Shown: positions 21,040 through 30,586 of the stretch, one piece after another
How positions within the stretch are numbered: position 1 is the first letter of the stretch
Layout: each line of letters starts with the position of its first letter
Assembly: GCA_051382295.1 (NCBI GenBank)
Contig: JBBCAW010000018.1
Location: forward strand, 23,951-87,950
Source of the DNA: Bdellovibrionota bacterium FG-1
Lineage (GTDB): Bacteria > Bdellovibrionota > UBA1018
Length of the DNA stretch: 64,000 nucleotides
Reading direction: 5' to 3'
The notes under the pieces: generated by a model
Told to the model about the DNA's origin: nothing
Databases searched by the model: none
What the model saw: only the letters and a program-made list of their open reading frames with translations
Made by a program: the position numbers and the translations under genes

Positions 21040-21483
21040 ATGCCAACCAAACGAACACAATCTGAACATCCGATGGTCGAGTTTAAAAATTATCTGGGCC
21101 TCAGGTACATCACCGTTCATGTCCGCGCCGATCGAGTGAGTGACGAACATGGACCTGTTTTCAGTGCCGACCGATTCAAAGCGATCGATAAAGCCATAGC
21201 AATCCTACTGATTGCATCTCCTCGCCCCATTCGAGGCCAAGAACTCAAGGTGATTCGCAAAATCACTGGAATGGGAATTCGAGAATTTGCGAGTGCCATC
21301 GGCGTTTCTCATCCTACTGTCATAAACTGGGAGAAAGCCGAAGAAAACCGACTGGACCGCGCTGAAGAGGCTTTTGTGCGAGTGTTTTTTTCAGAGAAAC
21401 TCGGAGTGCGTCTGGAGGCTAAGGTGGAAATACTTGCGCCTGAACACGCCGTACAAGATCCGATTGAATACACCGCCGCCTAA
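21040..21483 (+). CDS. XRE/HTH protein, MqsA/HigA-like antitoxin architecture
   Basis: IRGQELKVIRKITGMGIREFASAIGVSHPTVINWEK HTH; GAGGAG SD before ATG 21040. Confidence 0.75.
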   Translation: MPTKRTQSEHPMVEFKNYLGLRYITVHVRADRVSDEHGPVFSADRFKAIDKAIAILLIASPRPIRGQELKVIRKITGMGIREFASAIGVSHPTVINWEKAEENRLDRAEEAFVRVFFSEKLGVRLEAKVEILAPEHAVQDPIEYTAA

Positions 21484-21489
21484 TCATCC

Positions 21490-22677
21490 TCACGTGAAAT
21501 CTTGCTTACTGAGACTGGCGCCAAACTCTCGCGCAGGATTTGAAAGCCAAACCGAGGCCGATTCAAAAAACTTAAGCAGGGGAGTAATCCGAATTCCGTC
21601 ACGGACAATTGTTTCTTTGCCGCCGTAAAGCAGAATACGGTTGGCCGTGGGGTAATCATTTCCAAATAACCTGAGCCCCTTGAGGTCTTCATCTCTAATG
21701 CGATTCGATCGTTTTACCTCTATTGCAAGAAAACCTCTTTCGCCATAAACAATAAAGTCGACCTCAAGATGTTCCGCCGTTCGCCAAAACGAAAGAGTGT
21801 ACCCCAGTTGAAGGTAATCGTTGAGCGCACGAAGTTCCTGAAAAACGAGAGTCTCCAAGGCCGCACCATCAATCTCTTCAGGCCTGTCCAATGGACCCTT
21901 AGGACGGAGAGTGCGGTAAACGCCCGCATCAAAAAAGAGAAATTTCGGGTGCTGGGACATGTCTCGCTTGGCGCGCTTTAAAAAGACGGGAAGACGAACC
22001 CCAAGGAGGAGATCTTCTACGAGTTCAAAATAGGACTGAACGGTTCTTCTCGGAATCCCCGTATCGCTTGCCAGGTTTGAATAATTAAGTACTGACGCCT
22101 GCGAAAAACTGGCGGCTTCCAAAAATCGAGAAAAGGGTCCCAGGTTGCGGGTAAGCCCCTCTTGAAGCACTTCCTCTTTCAGATAGGTCTTTACATAACT
22201 TGATAAAAAGGCGGCCGGATTCTTGAGACTATAAGCTTTGGGTAAAAGGCCATACTGCAAGGCTTTATCTAAATCAAAGCTCTTGCGAAGCTCACAGGCC
22301 GTCAAGGGGTGAAGGAGATGGGTCTGCGCTCGCCCCCCGAGCAAATTAACTCCCGCTGCCTTCAATTTTCGAGCGCTCGAGCCAGTCAACACAAAAACAC
22401 GCTTTTGTTTTTCAATCTGCAAATGCACTTCATCAAGGAGGGCGGGAACTTTTTGGATTTCATCGATGAAAATGGGTTGTCCCTTTTTTGCCTGATCAGT
22501 CCACTCCCGCAAACGAGTCGGCTGATTGAGGAGTCTTCGATAGACATCGTCATCCAGAAGATCAATTCGAACGGCTTGGGCATCCATGGTGTCCAAGAGT
22601 GACGTTTTACCCACCCCACGAGGTCCAAAAAGCAGGACACTGTCGTCCTTGGGGAGTTTTAGAAGTCTGGCATACAT
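21490..22677 (-). CDS. AAA_14 ATPase with DUF4143 and C-terminal PD-(D/E)XK-like nuclease motif
   Basis: GPRGVGKT, FIDEIQK, LTGSSA, LLGGR, KFLFFDAGV, EVDF...AIEVK. Start at ATG 22677. Confidence 0.88.
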   Translation of the reverse strand: MYARLLKLPKDDSVLLFGPRGVGKTSLLDTMDAQAVRIDLLDDDVYRRLLNQPTRLREWTDQAKKGQPIFIDEIQKVPALLDEVHLQIEKQKRVFVLTGSSARKLKAAGVNLLGGRAQTHLLHPLTACELRKSFDLDKALQYGLLPKAYSLKNPAAFLSSYVKTYLKEEVLQEGLTRNLGPFSRFLEAASFSQASVLNYSNLASDTGIPRRTVQSYFELVEDLLLGVRLPVFLKRAKRDMSQHPKFLFFDAGVYRTLRPKGPLDRPEEIDGAALETLVFQELRALNDYLQLGYTLSFWRTAEHLEVDFIVYGERGFLAIEVKRSNRIRDEDLKGLRLFGNDYPTANRILLYGGKETIVRDGIRITPLLKFFESASVWLSNPAREFGASLSKQDFT

Positions 22678-22718
22678 AATGCCATTATATACTGGAAAAT
22701 GGCATTTGCAATGCCATT
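22678..22718 (-). promoter_or_regulatory. sigma70-type promoter TTGCAA-16-TATAAT, 6 nt before ATG, overlapped by AATGGCATT repeats
   Basis: Inverted repeat AATGGCATT-TGC-AATGCCATT at 22698-22718 and a third copy at 22678-22686. Confidence 0.6.
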
Positions 22719-22839
22719 CCCCACGTGGGCGCTTCCGGTAAAAGGTGAGGGGATGGACGACCCCGACCCCTTTTACCGGAAGCGCCTCCTTGCACTCTCG
22801 AGGGTTTGACATTAAGCATAGAGGAGGAGCAGGGCTAAA

Positions 22840-23535
22840 ATGAAAAAAGTGGTCAAAAATGCGACTGAAGCGGTGCGTGATATTCCTGATGGCGCAGTGT
22901 TAGCGCTGGGGGGGTTCGGACTGTGTGGAATCCCTGAGAACTGTATTGCCGCGCTCGTCGAAAAGGGCATCAAGAACTTGACCTGTATTTCGAACAATGC
23001 AGGCGTGGACGACTTCGGAATCGGTTTGATGTTGCAGAAGCGGCAAGTCAAAAAGATGATTTCGAGCTACGTCGGCGAAAATAAGCTTTTTGAACAGCTC
23101 GTGCTTTCAGGCGAAATGGAGCTTGAGCTCACCCCGCAAGGGACTTTGGCAGAGAAGCTTCGCGCGGGCGGCGCGGGGATTCCGGCATTTTTTACGCCCA
23201 CGGGAGTAGGGACGCTCATCGCCGAAGGCAAGGAAGTGCGTGAATTTAATGGCCGGCAATATGTGCTCGAGCGTTCGCTCTTTGCCGATTTTTCGATCGT
23301 CAAAGCTTGGATGGGCGATACGATGGGAAACCTCCTTTTTCGCGGTACTGCGAGCAACTTTAACCCCATGATCGCGACCGCAAGTTACAAAACCATCGCG
23401 GAGGTCGAGCATCTGGTGCCGGCGGGTGAGTTAGATCCCAATCATATTCATGTGCCCGGGATTTACGTGAAACGAATTTTTGAAGGTAAAGATTATCAAA
23501 AGCGCATTGAACGGCGCACCGTAAGGCAGGGTTGA
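22840..23535 (+). CDS. scoA: 3-oxoacid CoA-transferase subunit A
   Basis: [36 protein letters not shown]. Confidence 0.92.
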   Translation: MKKVVKNATEAVRDIPDGAVLALGGFGLCGIPENCIAALVEKGIKNLTCISNNAGVDDFGIGLMLQKRQVKKMISSYVGENKLFEQLVLSGEMELELTPQGTLAEKLRAGGAGIPAFFTPTGVGTLIAEGKEVREFNGRQYVLERSLFADFSIVKAWMGDTMGNLLFRGTASNFNPMIATASYKTIAEVEHLVPAGELDPNHIHVPGIYVKRIFEGKDYQKRIERRTVRQG

Positions 23536-23539
23536 GATT

Positions 23540-24196
23540 ATGGCACTGACTCGTGAACAGATTGCGCAACGAATCGCCCAGGAACTTAAAGATGGTTATT
23601 ACGTGAATCTTGGAATCGGGATTCCGACTCTCGTCGCGAATTATATTCCCGCCGGGATTTCCGTCGTTCTTCAGAGCGAAAATGGCTTACTGGGCGTAGG
23701 CCCTTATCCGACCGAGGCCCAAGTGGATGCTGATTTGATCAATGCCGGCAAAGAAACCGTGACCACGATTGCGGGTTCGGCTTTCTTTTCAAGCGCGGAT
23801 TCTTTTGCGATGATTCGCGGCGGTCACGTCGACCTTACCGTGCTTGGCGCCATGGAAGTGGATGAGACTGGAAGTATCGCCAACTGGATGATTCCGGGTA
23901 AGATGGTCAAAGGGATGGGCGGTGCGATGGATTTGGTGGCTAGCGCTCGTAACGTGATCGTGGCCATGCAGCATGTGGCCAAAGACGGGTCCAGCAAAAT
24001 TCTCCCGAAATGCACTCTTCCGTTGACCGGAGTGGGCTGCGTGAAAAAGATTGTCTCTGAACTCGCGGTCATTGAAGTCACCCCCAAGGGGTTGGTCTTG
24101 CGCGAACGCGCGCCTGGTGTGTCCGTTGAGGAGATCCGTAAAGCCACTGCGGCCAAAATGGAAATTCCGGCGGATGTCCCAGAAATGAAATTTTAG
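23540..24196 (+). CDS. scoB: 3-oxoacid CoA-transferase subunit B
   Basis: [13 protein letters not shown] (catalytic Glu), [10 protein letters not shown]. Confidence 0.92.
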   Translation: MALTREQIAQRIAQELKDGYYVNLGIGIPTLVANYIPAGISVVLQSENGLLGVGPYPTEAQVDADLINAGKETVTTIAGSAFFSSADSFAMIRGGHVDLTVLGAMEVDETGSIANWMIPGKMVKGMGGAMDLVASARNVIVAMQHVAKDGSSKILPKCTLPLTGVGCVKKIVSELAVIEVTPKGLVLRERAPGVSVEEIRKATAAKMEIPADVPEMKF

Positions 24197-25212
24197 CGAT
24201 CACGTCCTACCGCGAGCAAGATCGGGTCTTTTTCCTGAAGGACCGTGAAGTCTTGTTTGCTGGAAATGCCGTTCCAACGCATTTGAACGAGGGTTTGGCC
24301 GATCGCGCCGCCTAAATTGGATCCCGGGCCGAGCAAGATGAGTTTTGAAGGCGCAAATTCACGAATCGCGACTCGAAGCGACGCCGTAAAGTCATAGGGC
24401 TGCGTGACTTGGTGACCCAACGTGTACTCGCGCAAACGGGCCGGATCAGTCGAGTAGGGCTGCCAAATTTGCCCGCGGCCATCGACGAGTGCAGCTCGGG
24501 GAGCTCTGAATAATTCGGGTCCCAGTTGTGCGAAGCCCTGTTGGGAGGCTGGGGTCATCATCGGGGTATGAAAAGCCCCATGATTGATCAAACGCATCGG
24601 ATAGCGATTTTCAAGGTTCGGAAGTTTTTGCGAAAGCCGTTTGAGGCCAAGGTCGGTGCCTGCGATGACTTCAAATCCTCCGAGGTGAATCGAACGATAA
24701 AGTTCGTAACCGGGCTCGCTGCCGACTTCCTCGATGGCGCGATTCAAGAGCGCCACGCGCTCTCGGTCCTCATGCCATTGTTCATCGAAAAGAGGATAAA
24801 TGATTTGGCCACCCAAAGCTGTTCCGCCTGTCAAGAGGCCCATCGTGCTGATCAGGTGAGTGGATCCTTCGTGCGTGAGTGCTCCTGCGGCGGCTAGGGC
24901 AATGTACCATCCCATCGAATTGCCGGTGACGGCCACGATTTCAAAACGATCGCGGTCGATCGCCGCAAAGTCGGCCATCGCGCAGGCATGAATGAGGGCC
25001 GGCGCGTTTTCATAGGAGGTGTGTAGCGAAGCCGAGTAGGTGGCTGCTGAGTCGGTCTCGGTGATGGTGGCGCGTCCTTGTTGAGCTCGGTAATGATCGA
25101 CGGCCTCGACAATGGAAGGTCGCGCGGGATAATTTCTTTTCAGATATCCCAATTCAGTCGCAGTATAGGTGCCCCGGCCGGGGCAAATGACCAGCGCAGT
25201 TTCTTTCTTCAT
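24193..25212 (-). CDS. FabD-fold acyltransferase, divergent from canonical malonyl-CoA:ACP transacylase
   Basis: CPGRG (FabD FPGQG), GNSMG (FabD GHSLG), GAFHT, LGPG. 4-nt overlap with the E1 gene. Confidence 0.8.
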   Translation of the reverse strand: MKKETALVICPGRGTYTATELGYLKRNYPARPSIVEAVDHYRAQQGRATITETDSAATYSASLHTSYENAPALIHACAMADFAAIDRDRFEIVAVTGNSMGWYIALAAAGALTHEGSTHLISTMGLLTGGTALGGQIIYPLFDEQWHEDRERVALLNRAIEEVGSEPGYELYRSIHLGGFEVIAGTDLGLKRLSQKLPNLENRYPMRLINHGAFHTPMMTPASQQGFAQLGPELFRAPRAALVDGRGQIWQPYSTDPARLREYTLGHQVTQPYDFTASLRVAIREFAPSKLILLGPGSNLGGAIGQTLVQMRWNGISSKQDFTVLQEKDPILLAVGRDR

Positions 25213-27443
25213 ACTGTTTTTCCTAACAGCTCAAGGGCCGCTTGGACAATTCCGTCACGCGAAGGCAAAGTAATCGTCGAAGCCTCACCTAGCGGAATAA
25301 ATGAATCGGTCGCTGTAATTCGTGCGATTTTAGGCATTTGTGCGGGGTTTCCGCGAGCATGTTCGACCAACGTCGTGACAATCTCTTCACTCACCGACCC
25401 TGTTTGTCGGCATTCGTCGACCACTAAGACATGCTTACAAGTAAATGCCTGACGAGCAAGTGCGTCCTTGTCGATGGGGGCAATCCAGCGCAAATCGATG
25501 AGGGTGGGGTGAATGCCGTGTTTTTCCTCCAGAATTTTTGCCGCTTGTCTGGAGAGGTAATAACCATTGGCGTAGCTGATGATGCAGAGATCTTTTTGGC
25601 CCTCGATCATTCCAAGCTGGCCTGCTCGAATAGGCGCAAGCGATCCCGGAGCCGGGTATTTAAAACACCACTGCTGGTCGCCCGCCGCATGTAAATCGCG
25701 GGTCATATAGAGCGCGATGGGTTCGATAAAAACCACGACTCGTCGTTCTTCGTGGGCCAGGCGCACGCATTCACGAAGCATCTGAACCGCGTCCTCACCA
25801 TTCGAAGGGCAGGCGATCACGAGGCCTGGGATGTCCCTAAAAACAGCTAGCGAGTTGTCATTGTGGAAATGCCCGCCGAATCCTTTTTGATAAGGAAGGC
25901 CGGCAATCCGAATCACCATCGGATTGGTGAAGCGCCCTTCAGAAAAGAAGGAGAGGGTCGCCGCTTCGCCGCGAATTTGATCTTCGGCATTATGAACGTA
26001 GGCCACGAATTGAATTTCTGGAATGGGCACAAAGCCGAAATGGGCCATTCCGATGGCGACACCTAGGATACTTTGTTCATCCAAAATAGAGTCAAAAACC
26101 CGTTTAATTCCAAATTTTTCTTGCAGTCCCGTCGTGACGTTATAAACGCCTCCTTTTTTACCCACATCTTCGCCCAAAATCACCGTATTGGGATATTGAA
26201 GCAAAAGATCGGCAAGCGCCCAGTTCAGCAGCCGTGCCAGATGTTGTTTGGCGGCCATTTGGGCGGAGTCTTTGGTAAAAACAATTTGCCTGGTCTCTTC
26301 ACTGGGGGCGGGAGGGGAGTGCAGGAAGGAAGACGGAGGTGGAACAATGGACGCCATGACTTCGAAGGCGGTTTTGAGTCGGGGACGGCGCGGGGTTTCT
26401 TCGGCAATTCGGGCCACTCGGGCACGGACACTTTCGTAGATATTCAAAATTTCTGCCGCGGAAAGAATTCCATTTTCCAAAAGAATCCGCGCGGAATGCA
26501 AAAGAGGATCATGAGCTTCTACGGATGCGATTTCGTCTAAACTACGGTACGTAGTCTCGACGTCAGCGCCTGCATGGCCAAAAAGTCGAATCGTTCGCAC
26601 ATGTAAGAAAACTGGGCGGCGTCGCTCACGCGCATAGGTTGCGGCTTCCCGGGCACACCTAAAAGTGTCCAAAAGATTGAGGCCATCACAAGCCATGTAT
26701 TTCAGCACGGGACGATGCGAAAAAGCGCTCTCGATCCAATGATTCGGGGTGCGAACCGAAATTCCGAGACCATTGTCTTCGCAAACAAAAACCAGCGGCA
26801 TCGGAATGCCTTGATAAGCAATCCATTCGGAGGTGTTAAAAGCCCCTTGGGCGGTGGAGTGGTTGGCCGAGGCATCTCCGAAACTACAGATCGCAACCGA
26901 GTCGTGAGGGACTTCCAGCTTCAGTCCCAGTGCATTGGCTCGCGAAATAGCAAAGGCGGCTCCCATCGATTTAGGGAGCTGCGAGGCGATCGTGCTCGTT
27001 TGCGGCGGCACAAACCCCGGGAGGCTTCCTAAAACTTTATGCCGGCCTCCAGAAATCGGATCATCCGCGGATGCCGCCTGGGATAACAGCACATCATAAA
27101 GCGGGGTTGACCCCGGAACCGATTTCAGTCGTTGAATAAAGAAAGCGGCGCTTCGGTAATGCAAAAACGCCATGTCCGTGGTGCGAAACGCTTGGGCGAT
27201 CGCGGCGGTGCCTTCGTGCCCGGAACTCCCGATCGTATAATAGCCCACGGCTTTTTCACGCAGAATCCGCGCCATGAAATCGAGGTGTCGACTCATGACC
27301 TGGGTTTCAAAAAGGTCGACCACTTCATGAGGGGAGAGTCCCACGGCTTCAGGAGAGAGTGACTCTCCCAAAGCGGGGGGCAGTATTCCGCATTTTAAAG
27401 CCTGGACAAAATTCTGATCGACAATTTCGGTACGTGTGGCCAC
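25209..27443 (-). CDS. Fused E1 alpha+beta TPP-dependent 2-oxoacid dehydrogenase
   Basis: SSGHE, LHYRS, GDAS...EDN TPP motif, RLFGHA, GEDVG..GGVY, EIQF, GGHFH, IDLRW, DECR. GTG start. Confidence 0.9.
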   Translation of the reverse strand: MATRTEIVDQNFVQALKCGILPPALGESLSPEAVGLSPHEVVDLFETQVMSRHLDFMARILREKAVGYYTIGSSGHEGTAAIAQAFRTTDMAFLHYRSAAFFIQRLKSVPGSTPLYDVLLSQAASADDPISGGRHKVLGSLPGFVPPQTSTIASQLPKSMGAAFAISRANALGLKLEVPHDSVAICSFGDASANHSTAQGAFNTSEWIAYQGIPMPLVFVCEDNGLGISVRTPNHWIESAFSHRPVLKYMACDGLNLLDTFRCAREAATYARERRRPVFLHVRTIRLFGHAGADVETTYRSLDEIASVEAHDPLLHSARILLENGILSAAEILNIYESVRARVARIAEETPRRPRLKTAFEVMASIVPPPSSFLHSPPAPSEETRQIVFTKDSAQMAAKQHLARLLNWALADLLLQYPNTVILGEDVGKKGGVYNVTTGLQEKFGIKRVFDSILDEQSILGVAIGMAHFGFVPIPEIQFVAYVHNAEDQIRGEAATLSFFSEGRFTNPMVIRIAGLPYQKGFGGHFHNDNSLAVFRDIPGLVIACPSNGEDAVQMLRECVRLAHEERRVVVFIEPIALYMTRDLHAAGDQQWCFKYPAPGSLAPIRAGQLGMIEGQKDLCIISYANGYYLSRQAAKILEEKHGIHPTLIDLRWIAPIDKDALARQAFTCKHVLVVDECRQTGSVSEEIVTTLVEHARGNPAQMPKIARITATDSFIPLGEASTITLPSRDGIVQAALELLGKTV

Positions 27444-27464
27444 GGATGATGATCCTCGAAAGAG

Positions 27465-28631
27465 TTAACGATAAGCCGGAATGCCCGTGACCTCCGCTCC
27501 AATGACCAGGCGATGAATGTCTTCAGTGCCTTCGTAGGTGTTGACGGTTTCGAGATTCATCATATGGCGAATCACCGGATACTCGTCGATAATTCCGTTG
27601 GCGCCGAGCATATCGCGCGCGTCGCGTGCGCAGTCCAGAGCCATTCGGCAGTTATTCATTTTGGCGAGTGAGACTTGGTGAGGTTGAGCCTTGCCCGCTT
27701 CCTTGAGGCGTCCTAACTGAAGAACTAAAAGCTGACCTTTGGTGATTTCCTGAACCATCTTCGCCAACTTGGCCTGTACGAGTTGAAATCGTGCCATCGG
27801 AGAATTGAAGATCTTGCGCTCTTTCGTATAGTCGAGCGCGGTATGGTAAACTTGATTTGCTGCGCCGAGCACGCCCCAGGCGATTCCATACCTGGCTTGA
27901 GTGAGGCAGCCGAGTGGGGCTTTAAGGCCTTCACCATGAGGAAGGATGTTGTCTTCGGGGACGATGCAATTTTCAAAGTGCAGTTCTGAAGTGACGCTCA
28001 CGCGCAAAGAAAACTTGCCCTTCATGAGGGTGGTTGAAAATCCAGGGGTTCCTTTTTCCACGATAAATCCCCGGATTTTGCCTTCTAATCTTGCCCAGAC
28101 GATTGCGACATTGGAAACGGATCCGTTGGTAATCCACATCTTGTTTCCGTTGAGGCGATAGCCTCCGGGGACTTTCTCCGCGCGGGTGATCATCCCGCCT
28201 GGGTCAGAACCAAAATCAGGCTCGGTCAGTCCAAAACAGCCCACCCATTCGCCGGTGGCCAGTTTTGGCAGATACTTTTGCTTTTGGGCTTCGCTTCCAT
28301 AAGCGTGGATTGGATACATCACCAAAGCGCCTTGAACGGAAGCCATGGAGCGAATCCCCGAATCAGCGCGTTCGAGTTCCTGCATGACCAATCCGTAAGC
28401 GACATGGCCGATTCCAGGACAGCCATAGCCTTTGAGGCTTGAACCGAAAAGGCCCAGCTTGCCCATCTCCGGAATCAAATGCGCCGGAAACTGCTCGTTG
28501 CGATTGCATTCCTGCAAAACCGGTATGATTTGATCATCGACGAATTCTCGCACCGTGCTGCGGATCGCCAATTCTTCTTCGGTGAAAAGGGAGTCGATTT
28601 CCATGTAATTGAGGGATTGGTATTTTGACAT
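27465..28631 (-). CDS. gcdH: Acyl-CoA dehydrogenase, glutaryl-CoA dehydrogenase type
   Basis: ELERADSGIRS..SVQGALVMYPI, GCFGLTEPDFGSDP, WITN, ARYGIAWG, NLETVNTYEGT. Start at ATG 28631. Confidence 0.85.
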   Translation of the reverse strand: MSKYQSLNYMEIDSLFTEEELAIRSTVREFVDDQIIPVLQECNRNEQFPAHLIPEMGKLGLFGSSLKGYGCPGIGHVAYGLVMQELERADSGIRSMASVQGALVMYPIHAYGSEAQKQKYLPKLATGEWVGCFGLTEPDFGSDPGGMITRAEKVPGGYRLNGNKMWITNGSVSNVAIVWARLEGKIRGFIVEKGTPGFSTTLMKGKFSLRVSVTSELHFENCIVPEDNILPHGEGLKAPLGCLTQARYGIAWGVLGAANQVYHTALDYTKERKIFNSPMARFQLVQAKLAKMVQEITKGQLLVLQLGRLKEAGKAQPHQVSLAKMNNCRMALDCARDARDMLGANGIIDEYPVIRHMMNLETVNTYEGTEDIHRLVIGAEVTGIPAYR

Positions 28632-28633
28632 GC

Positions 28634-28667
28634 GCCTGACTTTATGGCCTGACTTCCCTGGGTTCAA
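28634..28667 (-). promoter_or_regulatory. sigma70-type promoter TTGAAC-17-TAAAGT, 7 nt before the gcdH ATG, with direct repeat AAGTCAGGC x2
   Basis: Repeat copies at 28634-28642 and 28647-28655 overlap the -10 box and spacer. Confidence 0.5.
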
Positions 28668-28744
28668 TCAACAAAACGTCTCAGATGAAAAAAATCGGCA
28701 TGAAGGCATGGACTCGCTCTTCAGCCGAGCTATGATGGCGCAAT

Positions 28745-30583
28745 ATGACGAAAAAACAATGCGTGGGCTGGTCTGCGGTGTTGATCTGGTGTTGGGTGAG
28801 TATGGCGGGGTGCGCCTTATCCTCTCCACCGCCTGCTGCAGCTATCGGTAGTTCAATGGATTCAGGCCATTGGACCGGTGAGGTCATGACTGAGGCGGAG
28901 AGTCGTTACCATCCGGTTGTGGGAACCCGCGGCATGGTGGTTGCTGACGACCGCGAAGCTGCGGAATGGGGCGTGGAAATCATGCGTCGCGGCGGAAATG
29001 CCATCGATGCCGCTGTCGCGACGGCATTTGCGATGGCGGTCACTCGCCCTCATTACGCATCGTTAGGGGGTGGGGGGTTTATGGTTTATTGCCCCAAGCC
29101 CGAAAAGGGAAAGCCTCAGCCTTGTCAGAGTTTGGATTATCGCGAAGAAGCTCCGAGTGCGGCCACGCGTGATATGTATGTGCATGATGGAAAGGCTCAT
29201 ACCGAGCTTTCACAAAATGGCGCGCTGGCTTCGGGGGTCCCGGGTGTGACTGCGGGGTTGCTCGCGGCTTTAGAAAAATTCGGTACATTACCACGACATA
29301 AAATTCTCTCACGTCCAATTGTCTTAGCTCGTGATGGGTTTTTGTTTTCATCTCATGGCGAGGTTGCCGCTCAAGATCGTTGGACCCATATGAATGGAGA
29401 GACTCGCCGTATTTTTGGGTGTGATGAAAAAGGGATTCCTTGGCAAGATAAGCCTTCGCGAAAAGGCGTTCCTAAAGCACCGTGTGCGCCGCAGACTCGA
29501 ATCAAACAGCATGATTTAGCCCGTGTTCTTGAGGTCATCGACAAAAAAGGCGCGCCAGGATTTTATGAGGGTCCGGTGGCTCAAAAGATTGTGGAGGGTC
29601 TCAAAGCCTCCCATGGGATCATGAGTTTAGAGGATCTCAAAAGTTACAAACCCATTTGGCGAGAGCCGCTGTACGGCAAGTTTAAGGGGATGGAAATCGT
29701 TTCGATGCCTCCGCCCTCGGCGGGAGGTGCGGGGCTGTTGATGATGTTAGGGTATATGCAAAGAGCAGCCGCTGCGGGGGCGCTGTCTCAGGGGTATGGG
29801 GCCGCTCAGACGGTTCATGCGATTGCGCATGGAATGGCGCTTGCGTTTGCCGATCGCGCTGAATATTTTGGGGATCCCGGTTTTTGGAAGGTTCCCCTGG
29901 ACACGTTGTTGTCGGCGCCTTATCTGGATTCGCGTTGGCAGACCTTTGATTCGTCTCGTGCACATTTGCCCGAAAAAGCGGGGGATCTTCGGATAGAAGG
30001 CTCGCATACGACGCATTTTTCGGTCATCGACCGCGAAGGAAACGCCGTGGCGATTACTACGACGGTGAATGATAATTTCGGCTCTGGGTTTACGCCTCCC
30101 AGTACGGGTGTAGTGATGAATAATGAGATGGATGATTTTAGCATTCAGCCCGGCACGCCTAATTTATTTGGGCTTGTGGGCACGGAAGCCAATGCGATTG
30201 CTCCGCATAAGCGCCCTCTCAGTTCGATGTCGCCTACGATTGTCCGCGATGCACAAGGGAATGCGCGAATCGTCATCGGGGCGGCGGGGGGGCCGAGGAT
30301 TACGACTTCAGTTTTTCTATCGATCTTCAATCGCTTTCAATTTGGCATGAGTTTGACGGATGCAGTGGCGGCCTCTCGCCTTCATCAGCAGTGGCGGCCC
30401 GCTGCAATCAAGTTGGAGCGGTACGGCTTTTCGACGGATACGAGACGGCGCTTGGTGGAGATGGGGTATTCACTGGAAGACGTGACTGCCTCCGCAAAGG
30501 TGCATGCGCTTGAGCGTTTTCCAAATGGGCGAGTGTGGGGCGCACCAGATTTTCGTGGTGAAGGGGCGGCGGTGGCGGAGTAG
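28745..30583 (+). CDS. ggt: Gamma-glutamyltransferase
   Basis: GGNAIDAAVA, LDYREEAP, HTTHFSVID (Thr nucleophile), NNEMDDF, PLSSMSP, GAAGG. Confidence 0.95.
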   Translation: MTKKQCVGWSAVLIWCWVSMAGCALSSPPPAAAIGSSMDSGHWTGEVMTEAESRYHPVVGTRGMVVADDREAAEWGVEIMRRGGNAIDAAVATAFAMAVTRPHYASLGGGGFMVYCPKPEKGKPQPCQSLDYREEAPSAATRDMYVHDGKAHTELSQNGALASGVPGVTAGLLAALEKFGTLPRHKILSRPIVLARDGFLFSSHGEVAAQDRWTHMNGETRRIFGCDEKGIPWQDKPSRKGVPKAPCAPQTRIKQHDLARVLEVIDKKGAPGFYEGPVAQKIVEGLKASHGIMSLEDLKSYKPIWREPLYGKFKGMEIVSMPPPSAGGAGLLMMLGYMQRAAAAGALSQGYGAAQTVHAIAHGMALAFADRAEYFGDPGFWKVPLDTLLSAPYLDSRWQTFDSSRAHLPEKAGDLRIEGSHTTHFSVIDREGNAVAITTTVNDNFGSGFTPPSTGVVMNNEMDDFSIQPGTPNLFGLVGTEANAIAPHKRPLSSMSPTIVRDAQGNARIVIGAAGGPRITTSVFLSIFNRFQFGMSLTDAVAASRLHQQWRPAAIKLERYGFSTDTRRRLVEMGYSLEDVTASAKVHALERFPNGRVWGAPDFRGEGAAVAE

Positions 30584-30586
30584 GGA

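Noticed and set aside
24193..25212. Calling this gene fabD or part of a PKS/FAS cluster
   Set aside because: It lacks the malonate-binding Arg and the canonical GHS motif, and no ACP or ketosynthase gene is nearby.
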